A DNA stretch of 64,000 nucleotides, taken from the NCBI GenBank assembly GCA_964016885.1, contig OZ024745.1, positions 52,638,001 to 52,702,000 of the forward strand, in the 5' to 3' direction. A program made the position numbers and the translations under genes. The stretch's first letter is position 1. Every line of letters starts with the position of its first letter. The notes below the pieces were generated by a model. That model was not told the DNA's origin and ran no database searches. It saw nothing but the letters and a program-made list of their open reading frames with translations. Shown piece by piece: positions 41,626 through 54,895 of this stretch. Origin of the DNA: Eledone cirrhosa (Eukaryota).

Positions 41626-43481
41626 AATGTGTGTCAGTGTGTGGTGGGGGGGTATGTATGTGTGTGTGTGTATGTGTGTGTGTGTGTGCGTGTGTGCGTG
41701 TGCGCGCGCGCGCGTGTGTGAGTATATTAATTCTTTAAACTGCAGACACAATGTCGAAATTTCACGAGAATTATGTACTGAAAGCGATTATAAACATAAC
41801 ATTTAAAATGTAGCAGAAGCCACGCATAAGGCACATTTGGGTTACGTCGCAGCGTCAGTTGCCAGGCATATAGATATAATAAATTAAACGGAACTATTGT
41901 TCCACAATTGAATCCATACACCTGCAGACATTTGAGACTCCTGAATGTGTGACGTTGAATGCTGGCACAAAGAAACAGTTTTAGAAATATTTTCAAATTG
42001 CTTCAATATACTATCTTGAAACAGACCATCATGAAAATGGTTGTGTTGCATACTTTACCACATTTCTTTAATTGCATATATTGAATGAATTATTATAGAA
42101 AAAATCAACAATCTTATTAGCAGACAAAACGTATCTGCTGATAGCCATCGTCTTTTTTTCATTGTGGCATAAACAATTGCACACAATGTTCTTGAATAAG
42201 AAAAAATTCTCAAAAGAAAAAATTCTTCATTCTTAGATAGTATGAAGGCAGTCGACAATATTATAATGGATTGAAAATGTCATAAGCTGCACTCTAGAGT
42301 ACTGATACTAAACGCAGACAATAGTTTTAAATATTTCTATGATACAATTGCAGACAGTAGTTCTATTTGTAAATAATAAACACTTAAGAATGTAATAATA
42401 TTACAAAAAGTATTTTGAACATTCACAAACCACATAGTCAGTTGCAGATCAAAGAGATCTCTGGGTTATGTTTGCAGATTGAATATACTTTAGCAAAGAT
42501 AACAACATCATATGTAATTAAATGATGAAACGGTAAAATTCAATAATATTGCAGCTGTAGACAAAGAGAGAATTTAATGTTAATACCAGAATATTTGTAA
42601 AATCTAACAAGTATAATTATAATTAAAACAATACCAACATACTGACAATTGAGGGTATATAACTCCAGAAAACATTCGCCGAGAGTTCGGAGGACGTTTG
42701 ATATTAAGACACAGTACTTCTCAAGAGATGATGTATGTTACTGTCCCAGAAGGATCTTCTATATTAACATACAAGATTGTGCTTATGAATATATTACATC
42801 TTTTTTACATCTCAACTCAAACCTAGGTTTGAAATGCCTTCATGATATATTTCTTTTACATCTGGGACTAGAATGAGATCTTAAATTCTTTGGGAGGGAA
42901 ACGTGTTTTCAGAGGATGTTTTGGCTGCTATTCTAGCATGATTATCACTAGAGTATGAAATATATCGATAGCTACATAGAAGGTATGCAGTTGAAACCGA
43001 ATATTCAACCAAAATGCAGAATCAAACGTGTGGCATAACGCCACAGATATAATAGAAATGCCATAAAAAATAGGTATAGAAATCAACATCATGGACTGAT
43101 AGTGCCTAACGAATTATTTCACCTCCATAATAATGAGAATATTCGAATATCTCATCAGACCAGTAAGCTTGTAGATGTAATTGATGATTTAATGAGATGT
43201 GTCCTTTTAAAGTGAAGGTAAAATTGCTATCAAGAAAAAAAAAGCGAAGACAAGGTTTAAACTGTTTATTGCACCATATAATGAACATACATGAACAGTT
43301 CTTCTATTGTTATTTTCGGCGACTAAATGGCGTGATGATCAAGTCAAACTTGAACCCGTTACAATTCTTGAAACGTTTTCTGATTTTTATTTCTTCTGAA
43401 GATCGCATTTTCGAGTTCAAGCTTGAAATATATACGTAGGTTCATACATACATGTGGGTATGTATGTTTCATTGGTTTGGA

Positions 43482-43516
<35 letters not shown>

Positions 43517-43520
<4 letters not shown>

Positions 43521-43921
43521 GTGGAACACTGGAAGGTAATATCCGTAGTGGTAGAGCACTCAGTCCAAGGGACGAGTTAGGTAGAAGTGGTTACACAACA
43601 GTTAGTTCACCATACCGAGAACAATTGTTTCACCTTCGCGGATCTTCAGCTCGGGATTTGTATAGTTATAGGAACAGGAAGGACAACGTACGAACGCGCA
43701 TGCGAAGAAACGCGGTCACTTCACACAAGCAATACTAGACTGCATGCGGGAGGTGTAAGGGAGATAACTGCGAAAGTCCGGAAAGTTTTTAGGTTGAAAA
43801 ATTAAATTAAAAAAAAATAAAATAAAATTACAAAGAATCAGTCCGGAGCCTTGTAGTTATGCAATAGATGTTTGGTGACGTGTGGACAACGTGTGAAACA
43901 TTCACTACTCGTGTTTAGGCA

Positions 43922-43927
<6 letters not shown>
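43517..43927 (-). mobile_element. Non-coding HHR-bearing element in (TA)n (family also at 57381-58000)
   Basis: 410 bp TA-flanked segment similar to both arms of 57381-58000. Confidence 0.8.
43615..43654 (-). ncRNA. Type I hammerhead ribozyme
   Basis: ccgag-CTGAAGA-t-cc-gcgaa-gg-t-GAAA-caattg-TT-ctcgg; helix III palindrome ACAATTGT. Confidence 0.88.
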
Positions 43928-44008
<81 letters not shown>

Positions 44009-44843
44009 TGATTATTAAGTTACAAATATGCTACTTACATTATGGTAAACCTAGTATAAAAAAGGAAGTAGGTGTGAAAGTTTTAGATCTATTAAATTCC
44101 CTGCGAACTTTCAAATTAAAATGTTTCTGTCAAAGAAATTCACATACATCTATAAATAGAAACAGTGCGTGCGTGTGTATGATTTTTATATTGCATTTAA
44201 TACTTCCATATCTAATTTCCTTATACATGACTACATATAATGTTCAATACAGCATGACCATTTGTAATAAATTGCCAATATTGCATACGTTTATTACTAT
44301 ACATTTTTTTTATTTGTTTCAATTTTTCTCTGTCTTGGGAATATTGAACCCAGTATTTCTTATAATGAGTAATTAATAATTATTGTTTCTATTTCTATCA
44401 GTAATAATATCAATATTCTTAAATTTCTCATACACATTTCTTTTTAGTTTTCGTTTAAACTTTCTTCCATTCAAACACTATAATTCTTACATTAATTATA
44501 TCCCACTCTTTTTCTTCATAAGTTTAGACACTATTTTGTTTTCAGTTTAATTTTGTTTTAGATAATTCTTCAGAAATAGAATCTTTTGTTAAATCAATGG
44601 CTTTTTCACCCATTTCTCTGTTTGTATTTGTACATTTCATATTTTGAAATTTTATTTTCAATATTTGATTATTGGATATTTTATTTCTGAAAAATAAAAT
44701 TCATATAGTCTTTGTGTTTACAGTTATTTCTCCCACTAAATTGAATATTTTATTAAATATTTCTGGTATTGGTTGAAACACAACTTTATCTTTATATTTA
44801 TACAAACAGGCTTACACACACATATACGAGTGCATACGGTCAC

Positions 44844-44928
<85 letters not shown>

Positions 44929-44929
44929 T

Positions 44930-44999
<70 letters not shown>

Positions 45000-46360
45000 A
45001 TGCGTGTGTGTGTATGTGTGTGTGTGTGGGTGTGGGTGTATGTGCGCGCATGTTCATATGTGTATATCTTTATATATGTGTACACACAAAATATTTAAAA
45101 TGAAGAGAACCAAGGTTAGCAAATTAAATCCATGTTAAAATATCTACGATCGTTTCTATACAGGTTATGATTGTATATGTAAAAGTAAGTCAATCAGAAG
45201 CACTTAATTAACAATTATTTGCACAAAACGCCAAACATAAACACAAATCAATAATTATCATGAGATTGAATTCATCCAAAAATATATGCAGTGCATGTGT
45301 TGTACATTGTTAAGCACACGAGGAAAGCAAGAAAAGTACTAAGTTGTAAAAGATTTGCCGCTTAAACATAAGGCAAATGTGACGTATGAGTCGCTTGTGT
45401 TACATTTTAAATGTTACGTTTATAATCACTTTCACTACATATTTCTTTTGACAATTCTACATATTCTCTGCATTTTGAATTGATAGTAATGGAATATCTG
45501 TGCCATTTTACTTCATAATATACTGCACGTGGAAATTAGAATCATCTTCCACATTATGGGGGGGGGGTTAACTTGTAGGATCAAATTCTGGAAGACGATT
45601 AACGAAAACATGCCACACAAAACAAACAAGAACACGTATTTACTCATTCATACTCAAACACACTATAAACATACACGTACACGCACACATACTCAGACTT
45701 GTTTAGTAAATTATTTATGGATCTAAGAATCATTGACAAATGATATATGACTTTGCTATCATTTGAACTAAATATTTAAAAAGCACTGGGCCGAATAAAC
45801 TGAGGAAATGTGCCATTGGGATATCGGCCGTGCCATATATATATATATATATAAATTACAGAATAATCCAAACTATGTTCAAAACATTGTATTGCTGACA
45901 ATCGTTTCTTCAAAATTTTCTTTTTGAATCATCGGAGCACTAGAATATTTTAGACATAATAAAACTTCTATTCCACAGAAACATCGTAAAGATCGGTAGA
46001 TGTTAGTGTTGTCATTAATAGGGTCATATTTAAAGGTGAAGATGATGTGCTCAGTATCAGTGGATGCGACAAAGATTACGTATCTTTACGATTGTTCTGT
46101 GGAATAGGAGGTTAATTATATGTCAAAACTTTGCTAGTGCTCCGATGATTCCAAACGAAAATTTGGAGAAACGATTATCAGCAATAACATCTTTTGAACA
46201 TAGTTTTGATTATTCGGTAATTTATAATCCGGCTCTGTAAAACATCTGATGTATTTACATTGAGCTATTTTTCGTACTGGTAATAATGTGGTAATGAATT
46301 ACTGACCTTTCCTGTTTATAATTATATATAGTGTATATATAAGTATAAATAATATTATTA

Positions 46361-46476
<116 letters not shown>

Positions 46477-47013
46477 TATATATGTGATCTTTAGCAAAAG
46501 CAGTAGGAAATAATCGACGATGCCACCGTTTCTCGCTCATCAGTTCTTGTCAAGTCTACATAACTAAACTGAAGCTAAACTGAGTTCGATTCGTATACTG
46601 TTCTGCTTATGTTTGTGAGCAGTTAAAATTTGTTTGCTTACAGAGCGGGAGCCAGCCCAGCTTCAGTTAAAAAAATGTATTGGTGCTCTGAAATAACGAT
46701 ATACATATGGATGTACGTATTTATAGTAAAGAAAATATACGGTTTCGGCATGAAAAATATGTTAAAGGCCTTCCGATATTCATTTTAAGCCTATGAAGAA
46801 CGCTATTTCGGAGCACTAATTAAAATTTATATATATATATATATATATATAATTTGGATATAATGCTCTGAAATAGCGATATATATGTGAAGACAAACAT
46901 AGAATATTCGAAAATATTCTGTATGTTTATAATAAACATTTTGAAGACCCAATCGCTATAGAATAGAATACGTCACGTATTACAATTTGAGATTCTCGAT
47001 AAAAGCAAGGGAA

Positions 47014-47056
47014 GTAACCTACGCGTTTCATTCTTATTAGAAATCATCAGGATTAC
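47014..47056 (-). ncRNA. Type I hammerhead ribozyme (inverted copy)
   Basis: Reverse complement of 47585-47627. Confidence 0.88.
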
Positions 47057-47584
47057 ATATCCAATGCTTTTATCGAGAACGACACAGCTAGAGACTTATA
47101 GAATACTTAGCTGTGTACAGGAACTGGTTTGAAAGAGCGGTAGCCGGTCCGGCAGAAATTAGAATTTGGATATAATGCTCTGAAATAGCGATATATATGT
47201 GAAGACAAACATAGAATATTCGAAAATATTCTGTATGTTTATAATAAACATTTTGAAGACCCAATCGCTATAGAATAGAATACGTCACGTATTACAATTT
47301 GAGATTCTAGGTTACTTCCCTTGCTTTTATCGAGAATCTCAAATTGTAATACGTGACGTATTCTATTCTATAGCGATTGGGTCTTCAAAATGTTTATTAT
47401 AAACATACAGAATATTTTCGAATATTCTATGTTTGTCTTCACATATATATCGCTATTTCAGAGCATTATATCCAAATTCTAATTTCTGCCGGACCGGCTA
47501 CCGCTCTTTCAAACCAGTTCCTGTACACAGCTAAGTATTCTATAAGTCTCTAGCTGTGTCGTTCTCGATAAAAGCATTGGATAT

Positions 47585-47627
47585 GTAATCCTGATGATTT
47601 CTAATAAGAATGAAACGCGTAGGTTAC
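47585..47627 (+). ncRNA. Type I hammerhead ribozyme
   Basis: gtaatc-CTGATGA-t-ttct-aata-agaa-t-GAAA-cgcg-TA-ggttac; 6-bp helix I; helix III palindrome ACGCGT. Confidence 0.9.
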
Positions 47628-47896
47628 TTCCCTTGCTTTTATCGAGAATCTCAAATTGTAATACGTGACGTATTCTATTCTATAGCGATTGGGTCTTCAA
47701 AATGTTTATTATAAACATACAGAATATTTTCGAATATTCTATGTTTGTCTTCACATATATATCGCTATTTCAGAGCATTATATCCAAATTCTAATTTCTG
47801 CCGGACCGGCTACCGCTCTTTCAAACCAGTTCCTGTACACAGCTAAGTATTCTATAAGTCTCTAGCTGTGTCGTTCTCGATAAAAGCATTGGATAT

Positions 47897-47939
47897 GTAA
47901 TCCTGATGATTTCTAATAAGAATGAAACGCGTAGGTTAC
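47897..47939 (+). ncRNA. Type I hammerhead ribozyme (next tandem unit)
   Basis: Identical to 47585-47627, 312 bp downstream. Confidence 0.9.
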
Positions 47940-48061
47940 TTCCCTTGCTTTTATCGAGAATCTCAAATTGTAATACGTGACGTATTCTATTCTATAGCGA
48001 TTGGGTCTTCAAAATGTTTATTATAAACATACAGAATATTTTCGAATATTCTATGTTTGTC

Positions 48062-48093
<32 letters not shown>

Positions 48094-48100
<7 letters not shown>

Positions 48101-48645
48101 CGGAAAATAAGAAAATTATAAAATTAACATACTTACTAAAATTTCACTCCCAACTAATTAATTTCTGAAAGGGAATAAATACACTTTCCGAAGAAGTGTC
48201 AGAGAACCCTTTCGTCATCAGGGAAGTCTATTCTCAGCTAAGTTTCCAGGCATTACGTGGACACTGGGAACTTATACAAAAAAAAATTCAGTGGATAGAA
48301 AAAAGCAAAGCATGGACTAAATTCCTAGCCATTGAGAAAATCACTGCCTACTGCGTCGGTGGCAAATTCAAAAGAATCAATCACGTGACATCGAGGTCAA
48401 TCAGTGGAAAGTGGTTTGTTAAGAAGACAGCAGCCTGACTGTTACCATAGCCGCAGTCTTGGCCAATTTCGCTCGACAAATAATTTGGAGATAATTATAA
48501 AGAATTAGTATATCTAGTAACATATATATACACACAGATGCATACCTATGCTAGCAAATATATAGGTTTTGTCTTTATATATTTGCTAGCATAGGTATGC
48601 ATCTGTGTGTATATATATGTTACTAGATAAACTAATTCTTTATAT
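48094..48645 (-). mobile_element. Diverged relative of the 559 bp family with terminal fold-back (centre ~48570)
   Basis: Collinear similarity to 10070-10580 (tcactcc-caactaatt, gtcatcaggg-agtctattctcag, aagaatcaatcacgtgaca, gctcgacaaat). Confidence 0.85.
48146..48227 (-). ncRNA. Hammerhead ribozyme with 49-nt helix II (covariant homolog of 11196-11277)
   Basis: acttcc-CTGATGA-c-gaaaggg-ttctctg-acactt-cttcgga-aagtgt-atttatt-ccctttc-a-GAAA-ttaattag-TT-gggagt. Confidence 0.88.
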
Positions 48646-48972
48646 ATTTATATATATATATATATAAGGAAAAAATATTAAATCGAAAATTCAACTGGAG
48701 TTGTTTTTTTAAATATATATATTTATTTGGTTCCTTTACCGGTTTCACAGTTCTTCTGCTTTTCAAAAGTAGAATTAAGATGGAGGAAACCACAAACCTT
48801 CCATCTCAATTGTACTTTTGAAAAGCAGAAGAACTGCAAAACCTGTGATATATATATATCTTTCTAAAAAAATGACTAGAGTTGCATTTTCGATTTCAAC
48901 TTTTTTCCTTAAACATTCACTCGTGTAGGACAGCCCGGTTATTTATCATTTTGTAAAAATAACCTCACTTTC

Positions 48973-49039
<67 letters not shown>

Positions 49040-51538
49040 TATGTGTGTGTGTGTGCGTATATATATATATATATATATATATACGTGTGTGTGTGTGTGT
49101 GTGTGTGTATCTGCCCGTTTGCGAGTGTATGTGCGCGTGCGCACTGTATAGTATATTCCACTGAATCAGAATAGTTCCATTTGAATAGTGAGGTGCATTA
49201 GAATAAACAATTTAGGGGGATTACTCTCGGCACACTCGTAATTATAACAAATAATCTACAAATTGAATACACAAACATTTCGGTGTGCAAACAGTTAATT
49301 CAGTAATTTATCAGGATACAATTAAATTCTCATTTCATGGATACTCATTAAACTATATAATTCTCCGCTGTAAGTGAAGTGTTACTTTCTAAATGTATTT
49401 GCTATCAGTATAACACTGTTTATGGGGAGTGACAGAAATCTTAATCTTTATCAAAGTATGTTTTAATCTGATTTTCTTATAAATTTGTGACATGGAAATC
49501 ACAATTCTTTTATTGCCACGTAAAAAGAGAATATTTTTTATTAACAATATTAAGAGGCGTTTTGTATATATTATGGTTATTAGATTAGTATATTCAATTT
49601 TCACAGTAAGTGTCATTATATGCCAGTTAATCCTCACCTGCTTTCATAACATATGAAAGGATTAGTCTGTCAGCCTGTCCGTAACATATTCTTGAGAATA
49701 TTACATACAAATTTAATAAGCATATACTTAAAACTGACCGAATATATATATAACAAAAAGTTTTAAATGATTACAATTTAGTAAGATGTATCTAGTACCA
49801 GAATCAAAGTCATGTCATACTACCTACCCCGCTGCTATTTGTGGGTTAGACAGTAACATATAAAAACATGCTTCGAAACTGATGAGGGAGAAACACATTT
49901 TTTCATTTTAGTACATAGCAGAATATTGTACCATATGATGGAGTTTAAGAAACGGGAGGATAATTCGTTTCACAAGCATGGCTTCTGTAAATGTATATAT
50001 CAAATATAGTAGTTTGATTCTACAAAGAGATGATTCCAAAAAAGGTGAAATTGTATCAAAGAGATATATGCCAACATATGGTAAAATTGTGAAAGTATAA
50101 CATGCTGATCAGGTGAGACATCAGTCTAAGGTTAATATATATATTTTATTTACTTCAGCTGTAGAAATACTTGTTTTGAATTCAGGAATTTGTTTACATA
50201 TATATCCAACAGTGAATTTTCTCAAAGAACAGCTGTTAACAATGACACATGAGCAGAGACTCATACAATACAGTAAATCATGGTATGCTAAACGTATAGA
50301 ATGAATGCCTACCTGGCAGTATCCTTGCATCAATATCTAATCTCATAAACTGTTCAACAAATCTCTGCGGAAACCTCTACGTGTAAGTCACATCTATTCA
50401 TATCCTATCAAAGAAGTACATAGGAAAGAGCATATAAGTATATGTTTGTTTAACAAACTTCAGAATTGGTTTCATATTAGAAGAAATTTTCATCACTGGA
50501 AACGATAATTCATAATTCTGCGTCCATACTTCAACCTTGTTCGATAAATCATAGTTATAAAACAAAATCGAATTGGTGGGACCCGTCAAAACTGGTGCAT
50601 AGGATGCGTTACAAACATTCAAACTTCTACTGAAAATTACTGCTACATAACTGGGATTACACTTGGGATATCATTGCTTTAATTGATGTATTCAAGAAAA
50701 AAATTGACGTATTTATATGTGTAGACTGTATGTTGTCTAATGTACGTTTATATTTCCATTGCATATGTATATATATTATTACAAGAATATATAGTTTTGA
50801 ATGTAGATACCTATTTCAAAACTAATCAACTATGAGCAATGTATGTAGAAGTTTTAAGTATTCAATTCAATGATATCTACTATCAATCATAAGCAAAGGG
50901 TCTGCTCATAACCCGATAATAACTAATTAAAAATACCAATGCATCATTATGTCAACAAGGGTATATGATAAACCATGTATAATCCAGTTTCCTTCTTCTT
51001 TCTATGCATAATAACTGATAATATTTAATATGCATATGCGTCTGCGCTTTAAATTATGGCAGTTTTTAAATACAATTTCACTTTTCTTATCATCAATTAC
51101 AAACACTATATACTATATAAAGAATGTGAATACTATATAAAGAATGTGTAAATATTTGAATATGCCCGAATGTGAAATAAAATATACACCACACATGTAA
51201 ATATATATATATTTGTATATACCGATAATATATTTATTAATCTGCATTCAGGAAGAAATTAAACAGTGATTAAGTTGAACGTACAGTAGACTTTAGAGAC
51301 AGAGGAAACAATTGAAATTTAAAATGTACTCGTCCATAACAATAGTTAATCAGTGCAAATAAGTGTTGAGAAATCGGTTAAATACCCCTTTATATAAAAT
51401 AGTATTCACATATTTTACCAGATTTTTTAGATTAATGTTAATAGTGATCGACTATTATTATTGTCATTTGATTTGGCAGGACTGTGTTTCAAATTAATGT
51501 TTAATTTATATATACATATATATGTGTGCATTTGTTTA

Positions 51539-51591
<53 letters not shown>

Positions 51592-52939
51592 CGGAGTGTC
51601 TTGCCGCCTGAGATTGATACGATGATTCTGTATGTGCGTAGATAATGATGTTATTACAGAGTTCATATACATATAACATTTTAATATATTGTTGGCAAAT
51701 AAAAAGAATGATATATATTGCTTACTTAGGGAGAACAATATCTAGGTCGCATTTCATTTTGCTATAAAAATACAATCTAATTGTAAAACTGATGAAAAAG
51801 ACATAAATCAAACACCATCAATTTGAAATTGAAATTAAACTTATCATCATTTACACTGATTGTTGTAATGGGTTTGTTCTGTTTCACTGATTCAGCTACC
51901 TCTAGAAAGTTACACTAATGATAGTGATAGATTAAAGAAATATTTATTCCACTCCAAGGAGCAATATTTTATAAAACCAAAAAAAAGAAGAAAAATTATT
52001 TTGATTTTTGATAGAAATATATTTCATTGCTTTATAAATTGGATTTGAAATGAATACCGAAATAAAAGTGGCCTCTCTTGGGAAAAATATCAACGAACAT
52101 AAGATAGGAAAGAGAGATAGAAATGGAAGAAAAACTATAAATATAGTTTGAAAAGGAGGAAAACTAATATGAAGAAGCAATAAAGCATATTGAAGCAATA
52201 AAACATACTGAATTTATCGGCAATCTATCACTAAGAAGATAACATTTGGATCAAAATTTGAAGGAAGATAGATTTCATAGAAGTTTACCAGAACAAAAAT
52301 GAATTATATGAAGAAAATACAGTAAAATATTCGAATATCGTGGAACGTATGTGGAAAAAGCCAAACCATTGCCACCATCGAAAGATCTATGAAGGCAGGC
52401 AGTTGGAAAAAAAGATTAAACACGAATGTTTTATTATAATGTATGGTTGGTTAAGAGTTCTATATAAATCTAGGTGGAAAGATGATGGAAAAAATGGCTA
52501 AATTACTAAGTGCACACTGACACTTCAAACAGAGAAAATCCGTCAGTAAACGTAAAGAAACACAAACATAAGCAGCAGAAAAAATATATACTAACTCGCC
52601 TAACACAGATATGAAGGAATTGTAAATAGATTTAGAAAAACAAAATAATAACTGATATTGAATATTTGAAAACTGACATGATCAAATCAAAAGATTATCT
52701 TGCTATTAGTATCGACGTTATGCCAAAATGTGTGGATCAAATAAGTAGAACGTAATCTGTTTAAATCTCAATAACTGGTTGCAATCAAGGGAAAGATATA
52801 TTAATACAAACGCACAGGAGTTCATGCGTACGTACGCATATACATTCCGTGGCACCGCCTATGTATAATACATACAGATATATGCATACATCTATATATA
52901 TTTACATGTGTACATAAATACACATACACACACACACAT

Positions 52940-53008
<69 letters not shown>

Positions 53009-53959
53009 TGCGTGTGTATGCTAGTATGGGTAGCGTTTCGTGTGTGCGTGATTTATGTGTCTGGATAAATATGCATTGGAACATATACCTTACTGTGTAT
53101 ATAGACTTGAATGTATGTGAGTATTCACACATCTACGTATGCAATTAGGCATGAACGCATGATTTTTTTTATATGGATATATCCATAAGGCACAAACCAG
53201 TACTTCGATGAAATTTTCGAGTTATTTATTTGAAAAATATGGGTTTGAACATTATATTTTTCTACTTCCAAATGTTCGATTTTACATTGAAATGGAAAGT
53301 AATAAACATAATATCTAGGAAAGATATTCCGATAACTAGTGTCGAGCGAATATATCTGTGTGCATTCCAACCTTTGTTAAATAAAAATCAACATTTCGAA
53401 TCACGATGTGTTTGTAAAGGGAATCAATACATTAAGTTATATTAGATTAGTTTGTTAGCTCCAGATCATCTGTAATATTTCGAATCATTTTACCGCGTCA
53501 CCAGACAGCTTCATTTTTTAATGGCAATATGTATCTAGGAACATATTTATGAACACATGCTTCATTTAACGAGAAGCTATCATGTTGTGGAGGTTTTATT
53601 TAGCTGCGATTTCTAAGAGATCCAGTGACTATCTCTAGGTCCCGTAATTTCTGTAATTTTGATTCTGCAAAACAAATACGATCAAAAGAAAATGTAGATT
53701 ATCCTTTACTAGAGCAGGGACTTTTCAATTTATTCTGGAAAATATATTTTTGGAAATAATTGTTTAAACAGAATAGTCCAAGCAGCAATCTCTCATCTCG
53801 CCTAATCTGGAGCACTATTTTCACGTAGGGAAGGAATAAGGTAGATACTCCTTCATTGATTAAAAATTAAGCCAACAAGGAAGCTGGTTGCAGTAAATAA
53901 TTAATTCGTCTAGTACGCAGACACGCAGACACAGATACACATATTCACACTCAAAGTAC

Positions 53960-54328
<369 letters not shown>

Positions 54329-54604
54329 GAGAGAAAGTGTGGTAAGTAAGCAGATGGAGCAAAACGCACCAGAGTACTCGTTCTCTCTCTCTCTCTATTA
54401 TATATATATCCTTCATCTTTCTCATGTTCCTCTCTGTCACTTTGTATCCCTCTTGGTAAGAAATCTGCTGTACTCAGGCCTGGAGAGAAATCTGTTCCAC
54501 CAGGCTTAAAATGTCAATACGGTGCCTCATCGAACCTATCAGGATTTACGGGACCATACATAGGTATATACTTATATATATATTTATATGTATTTCCTCT
54601 CTCG

Positions 54605-54693
<89 letters not shown>

Positions 54694-54769
54694 GGTTGTT
54701 TTTATCATTATTATTGTTCGCCATAAGGTTCCGGCCCTCTTCGTTCTATATTCCAATCCGGCCAAGTTT

Positions 54770-54895
54770 ATCTTTACCTTTCATCATTACGGATTCAATA
54801 AAATAAAGTACCAGTAACGTTCTGGGGTTGATTTAATCGACTTCCCCACCAAAGAAAATCGCTGACCTAATGCCTCAATCAGAAAACGTTATTAT
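54770..54895 (+). mobile_element. Degenerate Nin/Deu-domain SINE copy
   Basis: ctttacctttcatcattacggattcaataaaataaagtaccagt. Confidence 0.55.

Larger units (their letters stand above)
46851..48066. mobile_element. Retrozyme-like array: 312 bp unit, ~1.5 inverted copies then ~2.4 direct copies, in (TA)n
   Basis: Units start at 47310, 47622 and 47934; inverted arm 46851-47308; copies appear identical; no ORF. Confidence 0.92.

Noticed and set aside
46490-46550. CTGATGA on minus strand (also ~36059) followed by gcga-GAAA-cggtggcatcg-TC
   Set aside because: Helix I does not pair and the duplicate copy lacks GAAA; ambiguous.
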